Assembly: GCA_964016885.1 (NCBI GenBank)
Contig: OZ024746.1
Span: 40,362,001-40,426,000, forward strand
From: Eledone cirrhosa
Lineage: Eukaryota
DNA length: 64,000 bases
Direction of reading: 5' to 3'
Part shown: piece after piece, positions 1-11,700 of the stretch
Position numbering within the stretch: the first letter of the stretch is position 1
Layout of the letters: every line of letters begins with the position of its first letter
Notes under the pieces: model-generated
Databases searched by the model: none
The model's input: the letters and a program-made list of their open reading frames with translations, nothing else
What the model was told of the DNA's origin: nothing
Made by a program: the position numbers and the translations under genes

Positions 1-1
1 T

Positions 2-302
2 GAATATATTTACACACAGCTGGGTTTACATAAAGAGGCTGCTTTTACATTGTTGAAACAAAACCGCATTGCTTATGGTTTACACTATGCCCAAACTCTG
101 ACTGAATTTGAAACTAGTGATTATGAGGCTGCTTTCAGGGCCTGCCCAACTCTTCAACTTGCAAGCTCATTGCTATTGAATGTTGATTCACAAAGAAAAA
201 CTATTAAACCCTTGCTAAGTTTAAATAGAGTTTTCACATTCTTAATAGAAATGGATAACATCCACATTTTGAAAAAGCTTTGGAAAAAAGTTACAAATAC
301 AG
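2..302 (+). CDS. CLHC1: Penultimate coding exon (5'-partial) of a clathrin heavy chain linker domain-containing protein 1-like gene
   Basis: Open frame from window start, EYIYTQLGLHKEAAFTLLKQNRIAYGLHYAQTLTEFETSDYEAAFRACPTLQL, recalls the vertebrate CLHC1 C-terminal region (GLHKKA..L.KQ....Y.Q....F...D......CP..L). Donor G|GTTAGT at 303, phase 1. Family call is from memory. Confidence 0.65.
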
Positions 303-1312
303 GTTAGTATGAATATATCTACATTTAGTTGTGTCAAGAGAATGACAACCTCCTTAGTGCCAGTTCCATGATAAAATGCACTCAGTACACTCTTTAAAGT
401 GTAGGAACATATGTGAGGTGCCACCTGTGAGGAGAGTAGCTCTGATTAAGTCTTGATTTGGTCTGTGATAACCCGTCCAACTAATTATATTCAGTAAGCA
501 CTTTTGAACGAGATGTGAGCTGAGTCCATGAGTTTTGGTTTCTAGTTGAAATTTATTCATTTCATTAGTGTTGCTAATGTCCTTGAAAAATTTAAGGATT
601 TCTCACAATCTGAAATGTTTTCCCTGTAAATCTGTAACTGCTTAGATAAAACATGTTACTATTATTGTTGTTACTGGTGATGATGTGGCAAGGAGATGTA
701 GCTAAGTGATAAAGTAATCGCTTTATATACTAAAGATTTTAGGTTCAATACCTAGCATTTTCAAAAACTATTTCATATGTCTGTGATGGATCAAGTGTTT
801 TTTTAACATCTATTCTTAATAGTATGACTGTACACACACACACACAGTGAGTGCACATCGCCTCCACACACACTTATATATGCATGCAAATATATATGTT
901 AAATTTATATCTGTTCATATTCAGTACAGAGTTAGCCAAGATATGTGGTAGGGGAAAGGTTGTCAATTTTCTGGAAGTTGAAGCTATATTTTTTCACAAC
1001 ATAAAATTTCACTCTGGGTGATGTCTAGGAAGAAACTCAGATTAGCAAAGAATTGATGATTCAACTTCCGACAAATGAATAAATAAAGCCCACATAGTTT
1101 AAGCACTCTCTTCCTCTTTGTTTTAACTCTCCAATATATCTACACAGACAGACATGCAGAGAGAGAGGTTTGGTTAAACAAATTATTTGAGTTTAAAACA
1201 TCAAATGTTGCACCATTTGTATTCTTAAAAGGTATACCTGGTTCATATAAGAAAAGTGTTCCTATGCTATGAGGAAAAGGTTGACTAAACTTTCAGTCAC
1301 ACAATCGAGAAG

Positions 1313-1855
1313 TTAACTTTTTCATTACCATATTTTTAACAAAAGGATACTACCAATGATTTTGAAAATAATCAAGAATTTGAAGGAATTTAAATCGGCC
1401 ATATCCGGCCTGAATTCCCTCACCTTTTTCTGTTCAAACCAGCCTCTCATACTGATGTTAAGGTATTGTTCTCAAAATGAATAATATCAAAATCTCATAA
1501 ATTTGATATTATGTGAGATAGTGTTTTCCGTGAAAATACAATAGTAAATATAGAGTAATGTAAATGCTAAAGGGTTAATAATATTACTGACTTCATTTTT
1601 ATTAAGTTGGAGTTTGGAACATAAAATTATGATAGGTTTTTAATATAACCACCACATTACGAATATACATTTTGTTAGCACTCTGGGACATGTTTGCTTG
1701 ATATATGTTCAAACCATATCTTATTGAGTTAGTAATCGGGATTATAGCGAAAATACTTCCTATAACCTCGTCAATATATAATTACTTTGAAATAAAATAG
1801 TTTATGATCGTAGATTAAGGGTTGGTTTCAGATGGTTTGGTATCAAAAGTGTTAA
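1313..1855. mobile_element. Nested TTAA-flanked piggyBac-type MITEs (inner element about 1388-1574)
   Basis: Inner element ends TAAATGCTAAAGGG-TTAA and matches the copy at 12508-12702. Outer element ends GGTATCAAAAGTG-TTAA and resembles copies near 13295-13560, 43715-43910, 50055-50145, 57170-57430 and 59010-59220. Confidence 0.6.
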
Positions 1856-2445
1856 AAGTATGACAGATTTGAATCACTTTGCTATCAGCCTTCTCATATG
1901 AGGTGAATTAGCAGAGTTGTTAGAATGACAGATAGAATGTTTTTCAGTATTCATTCTGGCTCGCTGTACTCTGAGTTCAATTTTGCCTTTATCCTTTCAA
2001 TGTCTTTCAACCGTGGAAGAAATTGGCTGTCTTCAGACCTAGAGAGATTTGTTCTGCCAAGCTTAAAATTCCTAAGACATGCTGTATGTCCCTACAACTT
2101 CATCAGGAGTTAAAGGTGATTCTCCCAAGCCCATGGGAGGATTTTTACCTAAACTAATAAAACTGGAGATTATATATACCCTTTTTTTTCACACTTGTGT
2201 AATGTACTTTCACAAGATAGTTATTTGACAACTTGGTGGATAGAACACTTCTTGCTAAGGACATATGTTAGTGTTAGCGACAAGATATGAAATGTCAACT
2301 CTTCAGCCAGTAAGCTGAAAACTCTTCAGAAATATTGTCAATTTTCAAGATATTCTATGAATAAAATTGTTTATTATTACACCTATTTCATTTTGTGTGT
2401 GTATGTATGTGATAACAAAGTAAAATTATTTGTTTGCAATTTCAG

Positions 2446-2645
2446 TTTTGAAGGATGCATACAAGGCAGTTATCTATGATTTAATGTTACTTGAAGAATA
2501 TCCACTTGAAGATAGTTGGCACGACCTTGTGGAAAAAATCAATGAATCAGGAGAAGAATTAATTGCAATTGAACTGCAGGCATTTATTTTTTCTTATAAT
2601 GCCTTGAATGTAGCTTTAAAGACAAAAACATCTAATTTAAAATAA
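2446..2645 (+). CDS. CLHC1: Terminal coding exon of the CLHC1-like gene
   Basis: TTTCAG acceptor at 2444-2445; phase matches the previous exon (G+TT = Val); VLKDAYKAVIYD...SWHDLVEKINESGEE...NLK*; AATAAA overlaps the stop at 2641-2650. Confidence 0.65.
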
Positions 2646-2911
2646 ATAAAAGTTATTTTGTTAATAGATAAAATTTTATCTTTCATTAATTATCCAATTA
2701 AAATATTTTCATTAAAAAAAATGATTAAACAGTATATATTTTTTAGTTTAGCTTTTATTAAATCAAATTTTGATAAGATGGATAAAAAGACTGAAAGAAA
2801 AAAAAGCAATTGAAGAAAAAAACAACAATGTATCTAAGTTAAAACACTACATGGACATAGGTGATAGAGAGGCTAAGGGATAGCCAAGCACCCTCACGAA
2901 TATCACTTAAC

Positions 2912-2992
2912 GACATGTGAATGGAGTTCCACTGAAGCAGGTGAAGAAGTTCAAGTATCTTGGGGATGTGTTCACGAGTGATGGAAGCAAAC
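2912..2992 (+). mobile_element. Short RTE-clade LINE reverse transcriptase fragment
   Basis: Translates to VNGVPLKQVKKFKYLGDVFTSDGSK, the F.YLG motif of non-LTR RT domain 7. Confidence 0.65.
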
Positions 2993-3141
2993 TCAATATG
3001 GTTTCAATAATCACTAATAAAAATTTAAACTGAAAATCTTTTAGGATTGCAACGAATCCCCTTGCCCAATGTCTTGGCTTTGTGTTGTGTGAGCCATTAG
3101 TGTTTTGTTGCACTTTCTCAGCAACATGAAATTGCGATTTT

Positions 3142-3600
3142 CTATTTGTTGTGCAGATTGGATGGTGGTGGATGTGATTTTGTTGACGGTTGTGGTGATG
3201 GTGGTGTTGTATGTCTGTGTTTGCTGTGGGTGTTTTGTGTGCTTGTTAGTGTGTGTGAAGATGTATTTGTCTTTTTGTATTTTGGGGGTTCCCCCTCATT
3301 TTTACTGGGGGACTCTATGTCAAAGGGGAGTGGGAGTGTGTGTTTGAAAGAGAGAGAGAGCTTGTTTGAGTGGTTTTGGTGGTCCTTGTTGATGTTGTTG
3401 GTACTGCTACTTCTACGGTCGTTGCTGTTAGTGAGGTTTTCCGTCTCAGCACTGGTGTTTGTGGACCCCCCCCCCCCCCCCCCCCGCATTTTTGGGGTGA
3501 GGGCAGAATGATTGCAGATGTATTGTTCCGCTGCAAACGAAACAATGTGGCCTTTTGTGACTAGTTTTCATCATGGTGGTGGTGTCACTTAGCTCAACGC
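3142..3600 (-). pseudogene. Gag-like/ORF1-like remnant with a CCHC zinc knuckle followed by an S/T/P/H-rich tail
   Basis: Minus strand from ATG at 3574 reads MMKTSHKRPHCFVCSGTIHLQSFCPHPK (CX2CX4HX4C). The frame breaks across a G20 run (3466-3485), and a low-complexity ORF continues to 3142 in another frame. Confidence 0.45.
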
Positions 3601-3954
3601 TCTAGCCGCTGTCACGTGACAACTTGCTTAACGTTGTGAGCAAGCTCTGTCCGTTTTTAAAATTTTTTTTAACAAATATTTTTCGAACAAAAGTTCGGAT
3701 ATTTGGTCCAAAGCCCCAAATATTGTGCGGTCTCCTTTCTTGGAGACAAAGACCAATACCTTATATCCCTCTATCAACAAAACAATCCACCAACCTACTG
3801 GAGCTCAGAATCGCACATCATACACGTTCACGACAATGATACATGATATATATATATAGTGCGGTTAAAAGCAGAAACGAGGAGTAAAGGAAAGAGATTT
3901 TCAATATATATATATTTACATAGAACTCATAGCATTAAGTTCATATGTAGATAT

Positions 3955-4932
3955 GGTGAATTGGCAGTATCGGTAGAGGGTTGGACGCCATGCTTTCTAT
4001 CATAGTTACGTCCCTTTACAGTCTGAGTTCAAATCCCGCCGAGGTTAACTTTGCCTTTCATCCTTACGGGGTCGATAAAATAAAGTACCAGTAATGTACT
4101 GGGTAAGTACCAGTAATGCACTGGGTAATTGCTGGCCTTGTGCCTAAAGTAGAAACAAGTAATGTACTGGGTATTTGCTGGCCTTGTGCCTAAAGTAGAA
4201 ACAATTATCTGTAAACCAATTATTGTATTTTATCTGACGATAGCGTACCAAAATACTGGTACCTTTGAAATATATATAATAAAATAAATATGGTTTTATA
4301 AAGATAATTTCCATTTATTAATTAATATTATTGATATATATATAATTGTTTCTACTTTAGGCACAAGGCCAGCAATTACTCAGTGCATTACTGGTACTTT
4401 ATTTTATCGACCCCGTAAGGCAAAGTCAACCTCGGCGGGATTTGAACTCAGATCGTAAAGGGACGTAACTATGCTGGAAAGCATGGCGTCCGACCCTCTA
4501 CCGATATATATTGATATATATATAATTGTTTCTACTTTTGGCACAAGGCCAGCAATTATCCAGTGCATTACTGGTACTTTATTTTATCGACCCCGTAAGG
4601 ATGAAAGGCAAAGTTAACCTCGGCGGGATTTGAACTCAAACCATAAAGGGGCGTAACTCTTTGCTGCAAAGCATAGCGTCAGACCCTCTACCGATACTGC
4701 CAATCCACCGCCCTACTGCCAATCCACCGCCCTTTGATATATATATAATGGTGAATTGGCAGTATCAGTAGAAGGTTGGACGCCATGCTTTCTAGCATAG
4801 TTACGTCCCTTTACAGTCTGAGTTCAAATCCCGCCGAGGTTAACTTTGCCTTTCATCCTTACGGGGTCGATAAAATAAAGTACCAGTGATGTACTGAACA
4901 ATTGCTGGCCTTGTACCAAAAGTAGAAACAAT
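3955..4932. mobile_element. Cluster of four copies of tRNA-derived SINE family A (+,-,-,+)
   Basis: Copies at about 3955-4205(+), 4345-4505(-), 4525-4730(-), 4749-4932(+). Box-B-like GAGTTCAAATCCC, conserved body CTTTGCCTTTCATCCTTACGGGGTCGATAAAATAAAGTACCAG, end GGCCTTGTGCCTAAAGTAGAAACAA. Confidence 0.9.
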
Positions 4933-5139
4933 TATTGATATATATATATATATATATATATGTGTGTATGTATGTATATGAGAGCCACCAAAACACTAAG
5001 TTTGGTTACTGCCTCTTTCTTCGTCCAATTCTAATTGCAGCATAAAATATAAATAGGTAGTTGATGGTGTAATAAAAGCATTCTTAAAGTTAGGTAAACA
5101 CTTAAAGTGGGAAGGAGTCAATTATTCACAATGTAGAAT

Positions 5140-5240
5140 GTACGGAAGTGTAGGACTAAGGGAGACTACTGGTGTCACTGACTCAACTGCAGCGCCACCG
5201 TCAATTAGTCGGTATAATGGCGCCTGGCCGAGTATAGACC
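5140..5240 (+). promoter_or_regulatory. Putative SYMPK core promoter
   Basis: Local GC/CpG-enriched patch 80-180 bp upstream of the ATG, with ETS-like CGGAAGTG (5143-5150), TGACTCA (5179-5185) and YY1-like AATGGCG (5216-5222). Confidence 0.45.
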
Positions 5241-5317
5241 ATATTATAGAATTTTTGCCATTTTACCTAGTTTTTACCGTATTTGCTACCTTATTATATA
5301 TTTTTATTACCACTACC

Positions 5318-5407
5318 ATGGCAGGAGACAACAGACGGTCTACTGCTGCTCAATTCTTTTCTGAGGAAGAAGATGGCGGTACTAAGCAAATGTCAACATA
5401 TGACCGG
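5318..5407 (+). CDS. SYMPK: Symplekin exon 1
   Basis: ACCATGG Kozak; [30 protein letters not shown]; donor GTAAAT. Confidence 0.88.
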
Positions 5408-5686
5408 GTAAATTTAAACTTTTGTTCACTTATTTAGTTATCTTTGAAATTTATATTTATATTCTCTCATGGTACTTCTTCAACTGAGGTGCGGTTTTCT
5501 AAGAATGTTAGAATTGTATGTATGTACATAGAGCCCTGTGTGTGGTAGTTAAATCTTATCTGGACACACATACACACGCAATTTGTATATATATATATAT
5601 GCCTAGCTCTACACCTCGCCACTGACGTGAACCTAAACATCGAGTGCTCACCTGGGTGAACCTACTGTAACTTCACGTTACACTCC

Positions 5687-5733
<47 letters not shown>

Positions 5734-8700
5734 TGTATTAAACACGAAACTCCTATTTCTCGTGCCACTAATATAGCTTCGGAGCTGTAATTATATATAT
5801 ATATATCTTTAGCCATGTATTGAGGCAAGCTAGAATAACAACGACTAAAAATGTAGTTTTAATTGCCGAACTTCTTTGTCCATTTATTCCTGAGAGGGAC
5901 GTGGAGGAAGAGTCTTCAAGCACTCCTAGCGGGTCCTGTCAAAAGCAACCATCTTCAGCTGGATCGCAAAGCGAGACCAGCCGAGCTCACGAATGTTATC
6001 CAACCATATTGCTCGGAGGTCTACCTCCAGCTCTCCTGCCAGTTGGTTTTGACCGGAAAATCCGTCCAGCTATTCTTTCCTGAGATATTCTAACCACATG
6101 CCCGTAATATGGCAACTGTGATCTGTCAATTCGGAGAAGTAGCGGCTCTACCTAGAGTGAATCACTGATCTCCAAGCTACGTACTCTATCGTGTAACGTT
6201 ACTCAAAAGACCATTTGGAGGAACTCCATTTCGGCCGCTTGTATTCGCGATCGTATTCTTTCAGTCATTCAAAATTCATGACCATAGGTAAGGGTTTGCA
6301 CGAATACCGAATTTAAGATAATAAATTACGATTTTACACCTGTTATGCACCTTCACTTTTCATTGTGTACCGCCAATGTTTCCGACAATTGTACTTCTCT
6401 GCAGATCATACGATCCTTCATTCCTCCTTAATCTTTTCTGGAACTCCAAACAAGCAGTGCTTGTATAAACAGAAGCATTAAAACATCTTCCAGTAGGGAT
6501 CTGACAACATATTCTTCTTCAGAAGCCCAAAGACAAAAGCTCCCATACAAATCAAAGGAACTATTGTAGTAGACATGGACAATACACAGCTAAAGACCTC
6601 AAACCAGGTGTCACAATATTTAATGATTATTTTCCTGTTAACCTCATTCACATTTGTAACACTGTCAAAACTGTATCCTTAGGACTTGACTGACTATTCA
6701 GTGCTAGAAAATATATCAGCCTTGATCAATTGTAGACCAGCAACAAAACTCAAACGTGATTCATATCACTGAAGTGCTGCTGAAGTGGGATTTCTGTTAC
6801 ACGCAAACATCCCTAACTGAAACCAACAGATGGCTGTTTGGTGTGTTGGATTCACTTATTCCTGGACCGGCAGCACATTGGATTCTAGAGTAAGATGGTT
6901 CATTTCGCATTGTTTTTCATATAGGACTGGTGTCTCTATTATTAAAACATCTCAAAAATTTCCTATTAGATGCAATCTAATAAGAATCCAGCTAAAGCTG
7001 CATAGGTGTGAACTAGAATTTTTCTTTTCATTTGCCTGATTAGAAAATTAATACACAATGCATTATAGCCACCAGCTCATAGATATGCTGTTTCTTTTCT
7101 TTACTTTTTCTACAGCTATTACAATTACTTACTTCATCTAGACCAGCAACCTACATTACACTTGGATCACTTATTTTTTTTATTGTACTTGATTTGTATC
7201 ACCTCTCAGACTGCACTAAACACTTTGCCCAGAGCTACCACTCTCTAGAATTCTTTCCTTGCCCAGAAGTTTAAGCTGAACAACAACACCAATTTCACTT
7301 GGGTGGAGAGCTTATAAAATGTATGAAGAGTGTCTCCTTTTCTGACCATTTCATTGAAAAACACAATAGTGTTGTAACATTTTTTAGATATATTTTCCCA
7401 TTATCTTGAATCTAAAAGTATTACCAAAGGTTATGTAGGAAGGAGGACAGGAGGCTATTACTGTTGTGTTGCGGAAATGGTTTTGCTTAATGTGTGGAAA
7501 AGGGGTAAGCAGAAATGCTATAAGTTACACACAAGAGATGTAGTGGGTTTGCAGGTAGTGTAATGGAGAAGATAGATTTTATGTGTGGTAGATGCACAGG
7601 AAGAGTACACACAAAATAGATTCCTTCAATTGCCAGGAAAGCTCCCTAGAGATTGTTGATAGCATTTATTACCAAGATTACCTAATCAACAGTGGGGCAG
7701 GATGCTCTGAAAGCATGGTAACCAGATTGGTAGAAGTTTAGAAAACTAATAACCTTGCTGACAACAAAGGGCTTCTTTCTCAGAGTAACAGGTAGACTGC
7801 ATGATGTCTGTGAGTGAACGGCAATTCTACATAGCAGTGAGATATGGTCCTTCACTGCAGAAGACCTATGAAGACAAGAAAAGAATGAAGCAAGTAAGTC
7901 CCGATGAATGTGTAATGCCAGAGTGCATAAATGATGTAGCATAAGCAAGCTGAAAGAAAATCTTGGTATAAGAGGAATTGGATGTAGTATGCAAGAGAGA
8001 AGACCGTGATGACAGCTGTATAGAGTGCAGATAAATTTCAGTGGTTGGGACCTGTGGAAGAGGCAGACAAAGGAAGACATGGGATCTGGTAGTGAGGACC
8101 AACCAACAGTAATAAAGCTGAACCTAACATCAGAGATGACAAAGGAATAGTGACATTTTGTGCAGGTGAAGACATGCCTACCAACATAAAATGTGACTTG
8201 ACCCATTCCCATGCATCCCCTTCCTCATTACTACTCCTTCACTGGATCCCAACCCTTCCTAATAGGGAAAACTAATGTTAAATGATGATGGTGTGAGGTT
8301 GAATGATAAACTTAATAAAAAAAAAATAAAAAAAAAAAAAAATTTTATTTTTGCAGGTAGTTGATTTGCTTAACCAAGCATCTTTCATGCAGAAAAACAA
8401 TATGAAAACAGAAAATCTAAGACAGGTATGTATTGCTATATATATATATATATACAGGTGTCGCGACAAAAAGCACCCAGTCCACACGTGTAGGCGTCAT
8501 GACAAAAAGCACCTAGTACTCACTGTAAATGAGGTTGGCATTAGGAAGGGCATTCAGCTGTAGAAACCAAGCCAAAATCAGCTCTGTATGAGCAAGACAT
8601 AGTCACCTGAGCTTGCATTGCTCACAACAGGACAACTCGTCTAATCCATGGTAGCATGGAAAAATGAACGTAAAACAATGATGATGATATATACACTGAA

Positions 8701-11700
8701 CATTGTCTAAAAGTACAATTGATTGCAGTGGCAAAGTTTTGGCTTAGTATTTCAGTATCTGTAAATTACTGACTGACCCTCCTTTGAAGCTGTATATCCA
8801 GCAAAGCTATTGGTCATGAATGCATATAATAATGATTTCTAATTTAGGCACAAGGCCAGCAATTTTTGGTGAGGAAAAATCAATTAAATTGACCTCAGTG
8901 TATTTTATTGATCCCATAAGGATGAAAGGCGGGATTTTAACTCATAACGTAAAGGGCTGTAACTCTATGCTGCGAAGCTTGGTGTCTGATGCTCTACCGA
9001 TACTGCCAATCCACCATAATAATGATTTCTACTATAGGCACAAGGCCAGTAATTTGTGGAAAACGGTCAATTATATCAACCCTAGTACTTATCTATCTAT
9101 CTAAGCGGGTAAAATTCCCGAGATCCATGGACGAGTTCTCTCCAGCGGTCTCTGTCCCTCATTATCGCTGCCATGTCCTGCGTCTCCAACAGACCAGTGT
9201 CTGTCCTTAGGGCATCAACATACGTTAACCTTGGTCTTCTTCTTCTAGTGTGTCCATGTAGGGGTTCCCAAAGGATCACTGAGTGCAATGTCAACTCTGG
9301 ATGTCGGTGAGCATGTCCAGCTAACCTCAGTCTCCTCTGTGTCACTTTTGAGCTGACTTTTGGGATGCTCCCATACAGCTCTGAGTTTTTCATCCTCAGT
9401 GTATACTGATTAATGTTCAGAGCCATCCTCAGCATTCTCGTGTAGCACCCATCCACCATCTGAGTTAGTTTCTTGGTCAGTGTCCAAGTCTCAGACCCAT
9501 ACAGCAGCACAGACGCCACTACAGCAATGAAGAGGCGGACTTTCAGGTCTCTACGAAGGTCCGACTTCCACACCGATCTCAAGCTGTGGTACGCCGCCCA
9601 GGCCTTGCTCTTCCTCTCAACCACATCATCTTCCCTATTCCCAATCTTTGCTCCCAAATACAGGAAGTCCTCAACCAATTCCAGCGGCTTCCCGCCTACA
9701 TTAGTGATCCCCTCTGGCTTCTCAACATTCTCTACCAGATATTTTGTTTTAGTCTCATTCATTCTCAGCCCCACACTCATCGACACAGTCTCAACCTCCC
9801 GCATCAAATCCTCTGCCTCCTTCACTGTATTTGTCACCAAAACTATGTCGTCAGCAAATTCAGCATCCGATACCTTTTTCGCCCTAACTCTCCTGCTCTG
9901 AGCCGGTGCTACAGTAAAGCCAGAGTCCTGGTGTTTCTCCAGTGCAAGGCGCATACAATAGTCCACTACGATGATAAAAAGGTAGGGAGCCAATGTATCT
10001 CCCTGGAGCACTCCAGCCAGTAGTACTTAACAGGTACTTTATTTTATTGATCCCAGTAGGATGAAAGACAAAGTTGACATTGGTGGGTTTAAACACAGTC
10101 TGTAGGAAGTTGTAACTAAATACCGCAATTCACTGCCATACATCTAATAATAATAATAATAACTCTATCATGTCTCAACCTCCTTTCTATATATTTAAGA
10201 TATACAATGTATATACATGAAAATCAGCTCTTACATGTAATATTTCTTATTTCAATATATAGTACTTCACTCAATACGTTTCTTGATGCTAAAACATGAA
10301 TTCATGTTGATGTTTTCTAGGTTCAAGAACTGATTCTTTATAAAGAGCCGAACCTTTTGGATAATTTTTTAGAGGTAAGTTTGCAATGAAATCCATTGAT
10401 GAACAATTTTATATTTCAACCTGACCACAAATGTGCTTGTTATGGACTACAAGTTTATGGCTTTATGAAGACAGCTCAAATGTTATATTGTTTGCAAATT
10501 AAACTTATTGTGATCAACTATGCATAATCTGCATACTAATTACTAATCACCATTTATTTGTTAGACATACACATGTATAACTTATACATATACATGTATA
10601 AAATGCACTCAGTACACTCTGTAAAGTGGTTGAGGATAGGAAGACCATTGAGCCATAGAAAACCTGCTATCTTCAGCTGTGTCAAAGACATAACCTCTCT
10701 AGTGCTAGTGTCATTATAAAATGCACTTGGTAGAGTGCAGGATTGTATTTAAGCAAGATGCAAACACCTGGCCTATCTGAGAGATCAGTAAGCTCGTTTG
10801 AGTTCAGACTTGGTTTGTGAAGACCTATCCAACCCTTGCTAATCAGAGAAAATGAACGTTAAATGACGGTTATGTATGCATGTATATAAAGTAAAACAAT
10901 TTTGTAAAATCAATTAAAGTAAAAAAATATTAATATAAAAGGATCTATTTTTTCTTCACAAAATTTAATGAAAAATATTTGCTAGTTATTCTGGGCTTTT
11001 TTTGCTCTAGTTAATGTCATTAGAGCCTAAATATCAGACTATATACACCTTGATACCTAACAGGTATTTTATATTATATTATTGAACAGAGATAATATAG
11101 TGTTTGTGGGAATCCCTTCAATGTAAATGGACATATAATAACTTCTGTAGTATTGGTACCACAATAAAATGCACCTTGTACTCCTTGTAAAGTGTTAGTG
11201 TTGGTGCCACGAAAAATGCACTCAGTACACCCTATAAGGTGTTAGGAAGGACATCTAGTCATAGAAACCATGCACAAATATGGAGCATATGGGCAAAATG
11301 GGTTGATCCTACCTGTCTGTTACTAATGTACTACAAGCTATTTCTCCATAAAGAAGTCAAACAATATTTCATTATCTGAATTATTGAAACATGCAAGCAT
11401 GGAAAATGGATGTTAAATGGTGATGATAATTTAAATTTGAAAAATCTATTTTACTAGGATTTTTTTCAACACACTGACGCATATGTGTGTATGTGCATAT
11501 ACATACATTTATATGTATGAGTATATAAATATAAATGTGCAAACACAAGCACACATACAAAAGTACACATTCAAACATACATTCACACAAACACACACAT
11601 ACATAGCATAACAAATGGAAAGCCAGTTGCTATTTTGCTATAGTTTTTTTCACCACCTTTTGCACACATACATTCACGCAGGCGGCAGACGTAAAGAGAG

